Below, in pieces: positions 13,415 to 26,710 of a stretch of DNA of 64,000 nt. The notes under the pieces are model-generated. The model saw only the letters and a list, made by a program, of their open reading frames with translations. It did no database searches and was not told the origin of the DNA. This stretch comes from Perkinsus chesapeaki ATCC PRA-425 (taxonomy: Eukaryota; Protista; Perkinsozoa), in NCBI GenBank assembly GCA_013115145.1, contig JAAPAO010000023.1, positions 62,001-126,000 of the forward strand, given 5' to 3'. The translations under genes and the position numbers were made by a program. How positions within the stretch are numbered: the stretch's first letter is position 1; each line of letters opens with the position of its first letter.

Positions 13415-14742
13415 TGCTCAGCACTGCTCCTCTATTAGGTTGATCGACGTTCATCCATTGCATCTACTGTGGACCCAGACGTTGTCTCTTGCTGCCCTCC
13501 CACAGGCTCTTCTTTGCTGGGCAGATCTCCTCCCTGTAAAGGCTCAAGAGCCGGTGTTATAGCGAACGGCAGTGGTAAGAATATTTGGCACATGAATGTG
13601 AGTAAAGTTGCTAGGTATATGTTGTCCCGCTCACACTAATGTTGAGGATGCTGGAGAAGGGCCATTCAATCCCTCTCTTGTGGGGTGTCATGCGGCCCTC
13701 CATGATGAATCTATTAAACTGCTGCACCGACAATCACCGAGAGGCAAGTGAGTTGTTATACTGTTGATGTTGTTAGTGTTGCTGCTGCTGTTGGTAGATT
13801 TCTCACCCCTTAAAAACTACCGAGAAGTCCGCTCTTCGTTCGCGAGGGTCCACATGTGACATGTGGTTCCCGCGCAGATTGTCTAATATAATTCTTTTTT
13901 GATACCATCATCAGATCAACACTCCTTTATCGGATTGCTGCTGTAACATGAACTGGTTCAGTCTTCTTGTTGTTTGGTCTACTTCTACTTCTTAAGCGTC
14001 CTCAACTCCTTGCATTGTCATGAACTATTACCTCTATCAGAATAATATAACTGGTCTCAATATTGATTGGCAGCAGCATCATCATTCACCATTACAGAGT
14101 ATTTAATACGGACTCAACTCATAGTCACCTCGTTGTCTCTTGGTCTTGGTCTACATCAAGTGGAGGGATGATGATTGGATTCTTGGTATTGGTTATGAAC
14201 TTTTCATATGTAAGGATCCTACATCAGCAGTATCGTGCCCGTTTTAGAATAAGATTGAAGAAGATCACTGTAGAGAATAACCGTCTTCACTGCTACAGTC
14301 TCTCTTCGCACTGCCAAATGTATTATTGACGATACTATTACAGAACGGTGAGTATTAGACTTTATTATTATCATATTTTCTTGCTACTGCTGCCAAAGGT
14401 CAGATCAAAACCTATCATTATCTGCTCTGGCTGGTATACCGGCAAACTGCATTCTACCGTGTACGACTTGTATATCTTGCCTCACGCTGTTGGCCTTGTC
14501 AGCGAGTTCTGTCACGAGACCTTGTCATCGGGACTACTAGTGATGCCGGTGTCTCGTTTATTACTGTGGCTTCTCTTCAAGTGCGCTGGCTCCTGCGGTT
14601 GTCGGCTGTTACGGGTATCATTGACGGTGCCACACAATACAATGACACAGCGAGAGGAATATCTATAATAGTAAGCGTCGATAGTAAGAGTATGTTGCGA
14701 GGATACCAGCAACATGGGAAAGTTGTTGCTGTCTCGAATCAC

Positions 14743-14769
14743 TATCATCATCATCATCATCATCATCAT
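14743..14769. repeat. (CAT)n microsatellite
   Basis: About 9 consecutive CAT units; source of the poly-His and poly-Met stretches in the track ORFs. Confidence 0.9.
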
Positions 14770-15410
14770 TCGAATGTTATTATGACTTTGGCTCTCTTCA
14801 GCAGTGCTGACTCAGCACTACTAGGCCAGAGTGAATAGAGTATTTTATTTTCACCGACCTGCTACTACTGGCTACAACGCTAGTTTCCTGGTCCTTGTCT
14901 CTGTACTTTCAGAGCTGTTTCAGTGGCATTCATCACGAGGACACCTCCGCTGCATGAATATCTGCTATAGAGCAATACAACAGTAATCATCGAAGGTTTC
15001 GATACCTACTACTTGTCTGGTATCTATGCGGCTTTTTTGCTGTGTATCTCCGTTGTGTGAGAGGATGATACATAGTTGTTGTTGTTGTTGCTGCTGGGAG
15101 CTAGGTGTTGTTGCCATTCCGCCTTTTCCTGAAAACCATAAGTGCCATTGCGTTATCTTCAATGAGCCCATACTAATTCAGCATTACTTTCTGTTTTAAT
15201 GGTTCCAAAGTTTGCGACCCCGTGGCCACATCCCCTCCCCTCAACAGCTCCCTCACTGAGCTTCAACTCCTGCCAAGGCGGTCATCTGTCGTGCTGCTCT
15301 TCCATGAGTCGCAATCTCGCAAAGTAGCCTTCTGTGCTGTGTCCAACCAACGAGCATTATTTTGTAGCTCTCACGAATGCAATGAATGCCTCTCACGACG
15401 CACGGTCAAG

Positions 15411-16309
15411 ATGAGTGGGCGCGTGAAGTCAAGTGTCGAAGTGATGCTCGAATATCTATTTGACCGTATGTTAGCAGTCCATGATGACCATCAGATTCTA
15501 CTGTATGAAAAAGTCACAGTGACCTTGAAGAAGCTCATGCAAGTGTCCAATGATGCTCACAAACACTGTACGCCTTCGCCATCTTGATGATTCTTCCTTT
15601 TTATTTTTCAAGGTTCGACTCGCCGGCTGCTCCCTCTAGCGCCCCCCATCCCGCTCGTATTCTACAGTTACCCTCTACCATCTATAACATTGTCACATTA
15701 CGTTGAGCACATCGAACGAAATATAGATGTAATCGAAGCCCCGCCTCCGTGCTTCACAATGGTCTCCACTCGTCAGTGTTCGAGGATATGCTTTTTAATT
15801 GCTCTGATATATATTCGCCGCCTATTTGGGTCCCACAAGGCAGCTAATATAGTTAACAAGTGCACCATTCACAGGTCGGTTCTACATGCATCAAATTGCT
15901 CCGTTCAATTGCCGAGTTCATGCAGTCAGGCTCTTCCTCGTCTCTATAGTCCTCGCTGCGAAGTTCGCCGACGACGAGTTTTATCACAATCGCTATTACG
16001 CGCAGATTGGGGGGATATCTACGAACGATCTCAACGACTTAGAGAAAGAGATATTAAGATTGCTGCGTAGCCTAAGACTGCTGATAAACAGCAGCTGTCT
16101 TATAATGTGCTTGTTGTTTTTCTCAGGCTGGGACCTTTATGTATCTTTCGATGGTATATATGATCCATTTTCATGAATTTCGTTGTCACATCTTGGCCTT
16201 GGCGCCGATGGCGTGAGATGTCGCTGACTTGGAAAAGTTTGGGATAAGATATTTTTATTTAGTGTCACTTCTCTTGCCAGTGGAATGCTTCCACGAGCGT
16301 ATGGCCTGA
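15411..16309 (+). CDS. P/U-type cyclin, copy B (divergent; 3' end uncertain)
   Basis: PSITLSHYVEHIERNID|CSRICFLIALIYIRRL..TIHR|[45 protein letters not shown]|WDLYVS. Confidence 0.85.
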
Positions 16310-16477
16310 GCTAAGCTTGTAGGTAGCTTACCACATTGGCATACGGGCGTTCTTACCCACATATTGGTACTTTCTCACGGACGATTCTCGCGCTTTGCGT
16401 TCACTGGGTGAGAGTGACTTCCGGCCATAGTGAGGTCCTCTACGGCATCATTCGCAAAGGCTTACTAGTCTCAATAA

Positions 16478-17452
16478 ATGGTCGACGACCAGATCATGAA
16501 GAACAATGCTGTTGAAGCAACCGAGTCAAGCGTGCCTCCAGCAATGGTAATCAGATGATGATGATGCCCTAACTGGGATTTGAACTCGCGCCTGTCAGGA
16601 CTCTTTCCTTCGAGCTTTGTCCATCGTGCTTGAGCACATGGTCTTGGTCGGTGAGCCAGATGGCACCGCTATCGATTGTAAAGCTGTTATTGCTGCTGCT
16701 GCGGCTGCTCGCTGTCCATAGTGACATTTAGGTTCGGGAACTCATACCAGATTTCACGGCGTAAAGCCCCCCTCTATCTCCGTATACCAATATCTCAAGC
16801 GGATCGAATCACATTTCAAAGTCAGCAGCAGTGCTGTCAGTTTGTCGCATTGAATCCTTGTCTTTCCTTTCAGTGTTCATCGGAGTGCTTTGTTATCGCG
16901 CTCGTCTACATCGATCGGCTTGTTAAGGCCCAAGGCCCAAAGTTTGTTATTACGTCTTGCGCGATACATCGGTACCTACATATTAATAAAGCGTTGATTA
17001 TTACTATTATACTACTTGCTTTTCAGAGTTGCTTTGACATCTATCGTGCTAGCTGCTAAGTTCTTTGATGACCGTTATTACAGTAATAGATTTTACGCAG
17101 CAGTTGGAGGTGTTCGAACCAAAGAGCTCAACTTGCTTGAAGCAGACTTCCTCAGACTCATCAGTAGTTGCTCCTCCCCCTTACTGCTGCATCTTCATCA
17201 TATTTTTCTTTAGACTGGGACCTTCATATCATCCCGGAAGAATACGAAGCTTATCGGTTAAGTGTTTGGACCGCGGTAACCGTTGACATGATGGCCGTCC
17301 TCTCGCCTCCGCCGCCACCCCCCACAACTCCGTCTTCACCTTGTAGACTACCTCTGGAGATGATTCTTAGGAGCCTTGTTGGGGTACCGCAGGGGTGTGA
17401 GCCCCCTCCTCCTCTTCCTTCCCCTTTCACGAGCAGCAGCCAAGCTCTCTAA
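16478..17452 (+). CDS. P/U-type cyclin, copy C
   Basis: [23 protein letters not shown]|[20 protein letters not shown]|[45 protein letters not shown]|[11 protein letters not shown], with a Pro-rich tail to the stop at 17452. Confidence 0.92.
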
Positions 17453-19436
17453 TTACGATTATATTTTTGTCGTTATGTAGTGCTTCTGAGTTACACATGT
17501 GTTGTTCTTTTTGCCACCGCTGTACTGTATGTCACTAATCTCACTGGAATCATGATGATGGATGACAAAGTGTCGTCGTCACTGAACGTATGTGATTAAC
17601 CTTGCTCGTTTTCGAGTTGAGATCTGCCAATCACCGTGTATCGCTCTACGTACCATCATCCAGCCACCAACATCTTTGAAGCACCACGTGTGAAAAAATA
17701 TACAACCATCTTTTACTTATCGGAGGCTCGAGTGTCCATTCTCACGAGGCGTGCATAGTCAATGGCTTCCTGAATTGAGGGATAACTTCTGAGATTCGGC
17801 GCAGTGTTGGGTCATCTTGTGGCTGCTGCCTTTCTTGGTTGGACTTTAGGGTTACTCCACCCTACCGTTATAGGAAGTGGGCTTATTAATGTCGGAAAAA
17901 TCGGGCGGAATTTCTGGAAATTTCCACAATTTTTTCCTACCTCGCCCACATACGTAGGTGACGGGGAAGAAAGTCTCCCTAGGGACCGAACGAACTTGTC
18001 GAAGTGATGTAGCTAATCTTTAATTTTAATTTATAGCATGTGGCGGGTAGTTCGTATCAGCAACATTCTGAGGTATCTTTTGTGTGTCAGGTCCGAGCTT
18101 CGAGTGTCGCTCCGCCATTACGTTCACAGAACTACGCAGAGAGCTTTCGCGTAGTGCCCTGTACCGGGCCCTGTACTCCCCCGGGTGCATATGCTGACCG
18201 CAGACGCGGCGCCAGCATCATTATGGCTACCTCATCGTCACGTACAGATTACTCTACCTCCTATTAGACGCAGCCGCCAATCTACAAACGTCGGTGCGAG
18301 TTGCTTCTGCGGCTTTGCAGCATCTACCTTCAACATCTATCGTGTTGTAGCCTTTACTGTGAAATGGTAAAGATCGCACTATGGATGAGGGCGGCGTAAG
18401 CCCCCATTATTGTTAATAATTGTGATTCCATGACTATGTTAATATCTCATAGCTACTATAATCATCTCCATGCTAACTACCTGGTACGTGACACTTCAGG
18501 CCATATGAGGAAGGAGGAACATTCACTTCATTCGTATGGCGTATTTCCTTCCCATTATTGCCTGTCATGTTTCCACGATAGTATTGCGGTTCTAGCATTT
18601 AATACCGGAAGATTCCATATCATCACATTATGAGCTTCAGAAAGCTCTATTGTCAGCTAAAAGACGGAAGTGGTGATGATTACTATGAGTCTATGACTTA
18701 ATATCTATGTTCTCTCTTTTCCCAATGGCTTTGTCTGTATGGTCTGTATAGTTATACTAAGTATTACAACATTCTATTACTACTTGACGAATAAAGATGA
18801 TGTGGAGACATCAACAAGCGTATGATTGTTTGCTATCATAGTGTTCTCATCCCCTTATCATCATAGTCACTTGTACCAGTGCTTAGAGCGAAGGTGCTCA
18901 TGAGCGTTCAATAACTTGATGATTAGGAAACTCTCATGTTGTGAGCGTCGTCTTCGTCTTCATCTTATCACCCCCATTTCACCACCACCTACTTCGTCGG
19001 TCGAAGATTGAGTATCAGTACATCTGCCTTAGCTTGAGTTTTAGTGCTGCATCCTATCTTTCCGAACACCAGTCCGGCTCCTCCCGGTGTGTGTGAGCTT
19101 GTAGTGCAACCAAGCCGAAAATGGGTTAGGCTATGTAATCGAGGTGCACCTAAAACGGAGAGGATTTAATAACCTATATTGCCATTGTGTGGTTCATCGA
19201 TCCTCCTCAGTTCGTTCTCAAGAAATTTGCATCTAATCGATACTAGCCAAACGGTAATATCTCCCTCGGGGTTTTGTTCCTACGATGGCAAACATGTATT
19301 ATTGTGGCCCTCAGTCGGTGGGCAAGTCGGAAGAAGTTCCGCTATGGTTTCATGGGAACACTTTTATGGTGCCCCCTTTACTGTAGGACAAATAGACGGT
19401 TGCCCTAGGATGTTGTTTTGTTTGTAAAGTACTATA

Positions 19437-20968
19437 ATGCTGTCGGTAATTCCGTCAATGATCAAGCAACAGCAGCAGCAGCCGAGAGGTTCATCTCCGG
19501 CCAGAGCCCTTAACCACACTCCGCCGACATCACCGTGCCTGTCACCATCTCGGCCTAGGCCTGCCGTATCTATCATGCGAGATGATTCTTCTCCCGATGA
19601 TTCCCACCATCAAGCTCATTCGTTTTTGCGGCGGGTTTGCCGGTGTAATAGTAGCGATGCCGCTATATACCTCAACACTATAAAGGAGGAGCGTCCCGCA
19701 ATGACGGGGAAGGTCCCGAGGTTCAGAAGCGCTTCAAACGCTGGCCAGTTTTGGTCACCATCGGTAAAGTACGACGATGTAGCCATGGACAGCCAAACGG
19801 AGAGCCCTGTGTCCCCTGAAACTGACACTGAGCGTTCCGTCACTGTAGCCAGTACAAGCAGGGACCTCGGACATAACAGTGCAATCTCCGGAGGATCATA
19901 CCTTCCTCAAAATGAGAGTCAGGCTAGCCTAGTTGCCATGGTTGACCAGAAGCAGCAACAACAGGTGTGTTGTGATGGACATGTAGCCGAACGATTGGAC
20001 GGTGAAGAGGCATTTTTGCAGGAGTTCGTTTTTGGATCTTCGGCATTCCAAGTAGGTCTCCGGTCTCAGCGACTTGTACCGATGATGCTGTCGACAGGTG
20101 GACTTTGTGAACACCATGACCCAGTCTCTTCTTGATAGGATCTCATCGGAGGAGATGGTAGCGTTCCCGGGTAACTTCCTGTCTCGGTCCGATTTTTACT
20201 ATTTTCCTATCAGATTTGCCGTCAGAGCTCCGCAGTGTCACTCGCTTCTACGCCCTACGAGCCCCGAGCATCTCCATACATGCATACCTAAAAAGAATGG
20301 AGAAGCATTTTCTGGTAGATGACCGAACTTCTTCGCTCCGCCGTTCACATTACCCTCTCAGTGCTCTCGTGAGTGTTATCTTTTGGCACTGATTTACCTG
20401 GACAGACTGTCCTCTAATTATTGGCAGTTCAGAATAACTCGCAGAAGCGTCCACAAGTAGGTCGATATTTCACCGCCATCGCGCCATTTAGTAGCCGCTT
20501 TAGATTTTTCCTCACTGCATTGGTAATCGCGGTGAAGTACTTTGACGATATCTATTACGACAATAAGTACTATGCCCATGTTGGAGGAGTTAGAGTGGCA
20601 GAGCTTGACACAATGGAACTAACATTTTTGCAGCTTCTAGGTAGGTTAGTTATCCCTTCTCTGGACCCTACCATTTGGGTTTCCTACATCTTTTGGCGAG
20701 GGAGTCCTCAGCGACGAAGAGCTTCTCTATAATATCCGTTCACTGGCGGATATCTCAAGACTGCTCTATTGTCTCGTGAAGTTAATTTTTATTGATGCGA
20801 CTGCGGGTCTCAATCTGGTGATAGTTGACCGTCTACTTGTGTTCAGATTGGCATTTATTCGTTACTGCTGACGAATTCACGCAGTGTGCAAAGAAGTTCC
20901 TTGTGACTGGTAGCGGCGTCGAGTATGCTATGACTACTGGCCCAACTCCTATGGACATCTGCCACTGA
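19437..20968 (+). CDS. P/U-type cyclin, copy D, with a long low-complexity N-terminal extension
   Basis: TRFYALRAPSISIHAYLKRMEKHF|..LALIYLDRL..SVHK|FFLTALVIAVKYFDDIYYDNKYYAHVGGVRVAELDTMELTFLQLL|DWHLFVTADEF..ICH* (TGA 20966-20968). The true start could lie upstream. Confidence 0.88.
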
Positions 20969-21532
20969 CCATGAGATGACACGCGTGTCCTTCGCCATCT
21001 GATTTATCTTATTAACACTCATCAACTCTATAGTGGACATTACTGCTTCCTCTCTAAAGCTGCTGTCTAACACGGCTAGAGTGACTCCTCCAACCTAACG
21101 TAGTTAAACGCTGTTGTCATTGGCATGCCGCCGCCTTCGTGGAAGAAGGGTAGGTTTATAACAAGTCGATTTGCTTGTCTTTCGTATGCTGCTGATACTG
21201 CTGCTGTCTGAGGCAGTCCACCAGCTAAGCGTTACTATGTATCATTCGCTTGTACATATATGCGGCATTGAAGGTCTCCTAATGGGGCTCGCTGCACACA
21301 ACAACTTTCCTGCACTTGTCGTCTGCTCATCACAGGGTCGTTCAACTGCAGCTGATACGTATCTGACCTCCCTCTACTGATTTTTTCATCAAAAGCAGAT
21401 ATGTTTTTTCCACTCATTAAATAACGCTTGTGTCGTCAATGAATACCGGCACCGCCGCCGCCAACATCATTCAAGTGAGGGCCAAGTTGCGATGACCGAG
21501 TTAATAAGAAACCCGAGTAGCTCCATTTTTGA

Positions 21533-23307
21533 ATGTCGCGATCGCTGGCATACCGGCGGTCGCCGACTCCGTCCTTTGAAGAAGCTTTAAGACAGGCTCA
21601 GACGGAACGACTGTGTGTGGTTCAGAATATCGGACCAGCTTGCTTCGTGGGATTGACCGTAACTAATGCCGTCGCGAATCCTCACAGGTGGTGCGAAACT
21701 TAGACGACTCCACTTCAAAGTACCGTATTAAGATAAGCAACACTCATACCTGCACCTGTGGCAATGTTAAGCGTGAATCGGTTGCTGAGTACTGCCAACA
21801 TGTGCTGTAGGACAGCCAACGTGGATGCATCGCCATGAGCTGGTGCACTCCGGATTCATACTGCACAAGGTATTGCGAGTTGCCACTGAGAACCCGATAC
21901 TGTGGCAGCTAGCCTTGTGTGACAGAGAAGTCGAGGAGATATTGTCGGTGCGACGCGGAGCTTATGCAAGCAGCAGTTCGACAAAGGGTAGAGTTGGTGT
22001 GCTGGAGGCGACCCTGCAGCCGCCTTTTGTTGATTATAGTAATCAGATATGACAGCGAAAGTAGACAACACAGCAGTTAAAGGCGATTCTGTGGAGCGCA
22101 GAGAAGTCGATGGAGAATCGGACCTTTGCCCAATCTGCCATGACCTGCTTGGTGAGCGTCACCTGCAGCCTCACTGCGCTGCATGGCCGTGTGTGTAGGT
22201 TCCGACCTCGACTTCTTGACCTATTGCAGCGCCTCCTGCGGTGCCAATGTTCACGTAAAAAATTCAATCTTCAAAGCTGCGCAGAATGAATCAGATCGAA
22301 TGTATGAAAGCATGGGCAGACCACAACGTCAGTGGTTCAACGGGGGAAGTATCCTGCCCGCTTTGTCGGGTACACTGGCCATCAGGAACCAGGGCAGACC
22401 TTCACAGTAACCACCATTCCCCGTGAATCTATCGCCTTGATTCCTCAGGCAAATGGACTCGGCTGCAGGTCACCAAGCTGCCTGCTTTCCTCCGCACTCG
22501 ATGTAGGAAATGCAAGAAGTCACCCATCCGCGGCACGTAGTGTTGACATTGTTGATTGGCCAACCGTTCGTTGACCCCAGATACTATCAATGCTTGAACT
22601 GTTACCGAACTGGTGAGTATTGTCAGGATTGTTTCGAGGCACATGCTCGAGACACGGACCATCCTATGGTTGCCTTGAACAATCCTAGGAAGTTCATACC
22701 GATTCCCGCAAGCGCAGGTACCCTAAACTCACCGAATGTTGCCAGCTCTGTTCGGCCTGTCAGGCGCTCCACATAGCTTCCGGAACCTCGTCACGAAGGC
22801 TATCAGCACCATCAGCAAATCGGTGGACGAGCGTTTCTCCGTGTGCGCGTGGCCTTGTGGGCATACGTTCACTTTGGAAACGATTCAAATACGTAGGACC
22901 CTACCCGGCTTCCCTCGGTATGTAACTCTCAAGGATGGAGCACGCCGTGCCCTGTTTGTGGCATGTCCGGTCTTCCTGGATTGGCGAAAGCTTTGGAGTA
23001 TTACGGCAAAGCTGTCGCCGGCGAGAAGCCGAGGGAAGCCGACGTCCTCGACATGTCAGTCTGCTCATCGACAATGAGTCTGAAAAGTCCAGCCGGGGAA
23101 GCGTCAAAGAAGTTGGCACTCTCTGAGGGGCACGCTCCAAGCCTCAATGCGAGCAAGCCGCTGCGTGCCAAGAATGTTCGCCGACGAAGTTTGACCGGTA
23201 AAGTGAGGCATGGGCACCGCAGCAGTCATGAAGCAGCAACCGTTGGCACTTTGTCTCATGGGAGCCTCTCTGTATCTGGCTCCAGTATGCAAATAAATGG
23301 AGTTTGA
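21533..23307 (+). CDS. ZSWIM2: ZSWIM2/MEX-like E3 ubiquitin ligase (SWIM, RING, ZZ, degenerate second RING)
   Basis: LCVVQNIGPACFV..YRIKISNTHTCTC..ILHKVLRV..LWQLALCDREVEEIL (SWIM region). CPICHDLL..LTYCSASCGANVH (RING). CRKCKKSPIRGT|RYYQCLNC..YCQDCF..H..H (ZZ). WPCGH follows. Same domain order as animal ZSWIM2. Confidence 0.8.
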
Positions 23308-23758
23308 CCATGAACTTTCTCCTTGCGTTCAATAGTCGGTGGAACGGAAGGTCTCCGAGAATGCCTTTCTTATTCCCTACACTCGCCGCGGATCCATAAA
23401 GTAGCAGAATCCTATACATGGCAAGCGTTTGTGTTAGACTCTTGCTAGCACCACTTAGGGTTGCGTGTGCGGCGAAGGCTGTATCTCCACCGCAATAAAG
23501 ATGACTTTCTTCTATAACTAGCATCAGGTACCCGAATACTCAGCACTCGTACTTGTACTTGAAAGCATACGACGAATGGGCTTCGCTAATAACCTTCGCC
23601 TACGGCCCATTAGTTGCTCGAGTGTGGCGGAAGTCGATGCACTTTGTGTGAGGAGTGTTATTCGGATTAAGAGTTGAACTCAACAATGGTGGTATGTGAT
23701 AGTGTAACCTTATTCTTACTGAATGAGATGATGAAATGATAAACAATACCAGTAAGAA

Positions 23759-26417
23759 TTATGCCAGATTTTGCATGCCCATGCTAGAGTCTAAATTAGC
23801 CACCGGAGAGGCAGAGCGTTGAGAACGAGTTGCTCTCCCGTTCCCTGATGCTGCTGCCATTGGTGGAGCGAGGACAGTCTGAGCTGAATGCGAAAGGTCT
23901 CCGCCGCCGCCAAGGTTGGGGTTAATATTTTCCCTAACCTGCACTCGCTCGACTCCTCCATCCAAATAGATAGTTTGAAGCTGATTATTGCGCTTCTTGC
24001 TCTCACCAGCCACCACTTCAGTTTGGTTAACTTCCACATAACGGTCAACAGTCTGTACTTGCGGAACCTCAACTACACGTTCAACACGTTGGACCTGAGT
24101 CTCTTCGATTATCTTATCCACATACTTCCGGACCACTTGAGGCACAGGAACTTCATTAACCTTCTCGACATACCGTGGCACAACCACTTCAACTTCTTTG
24201 TCGACATACTGCACCTCGGGCACCTCCACAACCTTCTGAACAGTCCTCGTCACCGGAACTTGAACATGCTTCTGAATCACTTGGGGAACCGGCACGTCAA
24301 TTACCTTCTCCACTTGCTGGACAACCGGCACCTCGACCTCGCGGTCCACGTATTGAACTTGAGGCACATCAACGTACTTCTGCACCTTCCTGTTGACCGG
24401 GACGTTCACGTACTTCTGCACCGTCTGGAGCACCTCCACGTCGATAACCTCTTCCACACGCTTCACCACAGGTACTTCAACCTCACGTTCGACCACTTGA
24501 ATCTCAGGCACTTCGACGTCGATTTGAACAGTCTTGGTAACCGGGATCTCGACAATCTTCTGAATAGTCTGTGGCACCGGAACTTCGATGATCTCCTCCT
24601 CGTACCTCACTTGAGGGACCTCGACCTCTCTCTCAATTTCGTGGATCTCCGGCACCTCAACAGTACGCTGAACTACCGTCTCGTAGACCTTAGGGACGTG
24701 CTTGTACACAACCTGCTCTTCAGGTACTTCAACAATATTCTCCTGATACTCCACCTCAGGCACGTCAATGACCTTATCCACGTACTCGACATAAGGTCTG
24801 TCAATTGGCACCTCAATCACATTCTCAATGATGTTTTCTTGATACTCGATACGAGGCACTTCACGTACAACTTCTTGAACCTCATACTTAGGAACGTGCC
24901 TCTGAACCTTTTGGATCACAGGGACCTTTCGCTCGATGACCCTCTCAACAACCCTCTTTCGCTGGACCACCACGTCTTGGACATCTTGCTGCTCGATATC
25001 ATCAACGATCTTGCGGGTGACCTTGGGCAGCTCAATAACCCTTTCCTGAGTGTGTATCACAGGGACCTCGCGCACGACCTCCTCAACCTCAATCCTCGGC
25101 ACACGACGCTCAACCTCAACGATCTCCTCCACAATCTGGGGTACATAGACAACCCTCGGAACCTCCACCACTTGCTCGACCGACTTGGGGATAACACGTT
25201 CCACCACTTCAGTTTTGGGCACGTGGATGACTTGCTCGACGATCTGCTCTACCGGGTGTTCAATGACCTCCTCGGTGATCTGGGGGATGTGTCGGTACCT
25301 CGGTACCTCAACAATTTGCTGCACCGACTTGGGGATGATGCGCTCGACGGTTGTGATTCGAGGAACCTCGATGATCTCCTCCTCAATCTGCTCGAAGGGG
25401 ACCTCGATAATCTGTTCCTGTATCTTGGGGATGTGACGGTAGATCGGGACCTTCTCAATATGCTCCACGTACTTGGGAATGACACGCTCCTGAACCTGTC
25501 ATGGCAGGGATACTCAAACCAAGGTGCCAAGGCGACAAGGGCGACCAACCTGGATCTTCGGAATATGATTAATTTGCTCGATAATCTCCTCTTTGGGAAC
25601 CTCGATGACCTGCTCTACTATTTGGGGCACGTGGACGTATCTGACAACTAAACGTTAACCCTCCAGACTGACTGACCATGGTCGTGACCTTGGAACCTTC
25701 TGGACCTTCTCGACCGTCCGGGGGATGACCTTCTCGCGAGTGATCGGGCGCTTGACTTCGATGACCTCCTCCCGAACTACTTCTTGAGGAACTTCGATTA
25801 CTTGCTCAACAATGTGAGGGACTTTCACGTACTTGGGGACCTGAGAAAGCAGAGGATTGCACAAGAATTAAATAACACCTACGTACCTCGACAACTTGCT
25901 TGACGGGCCTGTGCGTTATACGCTCCTGAACGACCTTACGAGGCACGTCCACGTTAACCACTTTATCAACAGTCCTCTGAACCACTTGCACTTGAGGGAC
26001 TTCAACCACCTTCTCCACGTATTGAATTTGGGGCACCTCGATCAGTTCCTCGACATACTGAATCTCGGGGACATCCACATACACCTCGACGACCTCTTCT
26101 TGAACCTCCTCGCGGACGTTCTGCTTCGTAGGCAGTTGTCGTATCTTCTCCTCGCGCACTTCAGTGACCTCCGGAGGAGCAGACTCGACTGATACCGTAG
26201 GAGTATGAGTTAGGCTATTAGTGTAGGGATGCTGCATCATAAAACCGGCTTGCGGCACAGGCTGGCCGGTTGGTGTGAAGAGATTTGCTTGATGGAATTG
26301 ACCAGGCTGAAAGTACGGCGATTGCTGCTGCTGCTGTTGCGGCGGCGGCGGTGGCCTTGATTGAGTGCTTGGCGTCTGGTAGGGCTGCGGGCAGAAGGCT
26401 TGGAAGGGCTGATACAT
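23759..26417 (-). CDS. Alveolin / inner-membrane-complex (IMC1/articulin-like) protein 1
   Basis: Q/P-rich N-terminus followed by hundreds of residues of EVP/VPV/EKIVEVP charged Val-Pro repeats over 3-4 exons. Confidence 0.92.
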
Positions 26418-26710
26418 GCTGTTGATTGGGGTGGTGGTGGTTAAGAGACCTTAGAAAAGGTAGATGCCCGCCTGAAAAAGATTCATAAATGCCAACAACA
26501 CCAACGATAAATTTAACATGACTTAAACTCTAATTCGATGCTGAGGTAAGGACAACACTATATCACATGTCAACTAATACGTCATCATGCTCACACTCAA
26601 TAGCCCACAAAAATGTAAATCAGACTGCTTTTACTGCGCTTAATATTATCATCCAATGGACGATGAAAAATAGACGCTTCATTTGACGTCGGTCGAGACG
26701 GTTGAGGAGA

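Noticed and set aside
14063-15171. Short ORFs on both strands between cyclins A and B
   Set aside because: Driven by CAT and GTT microsatellites; no consistent spliced model could be built on either strand.
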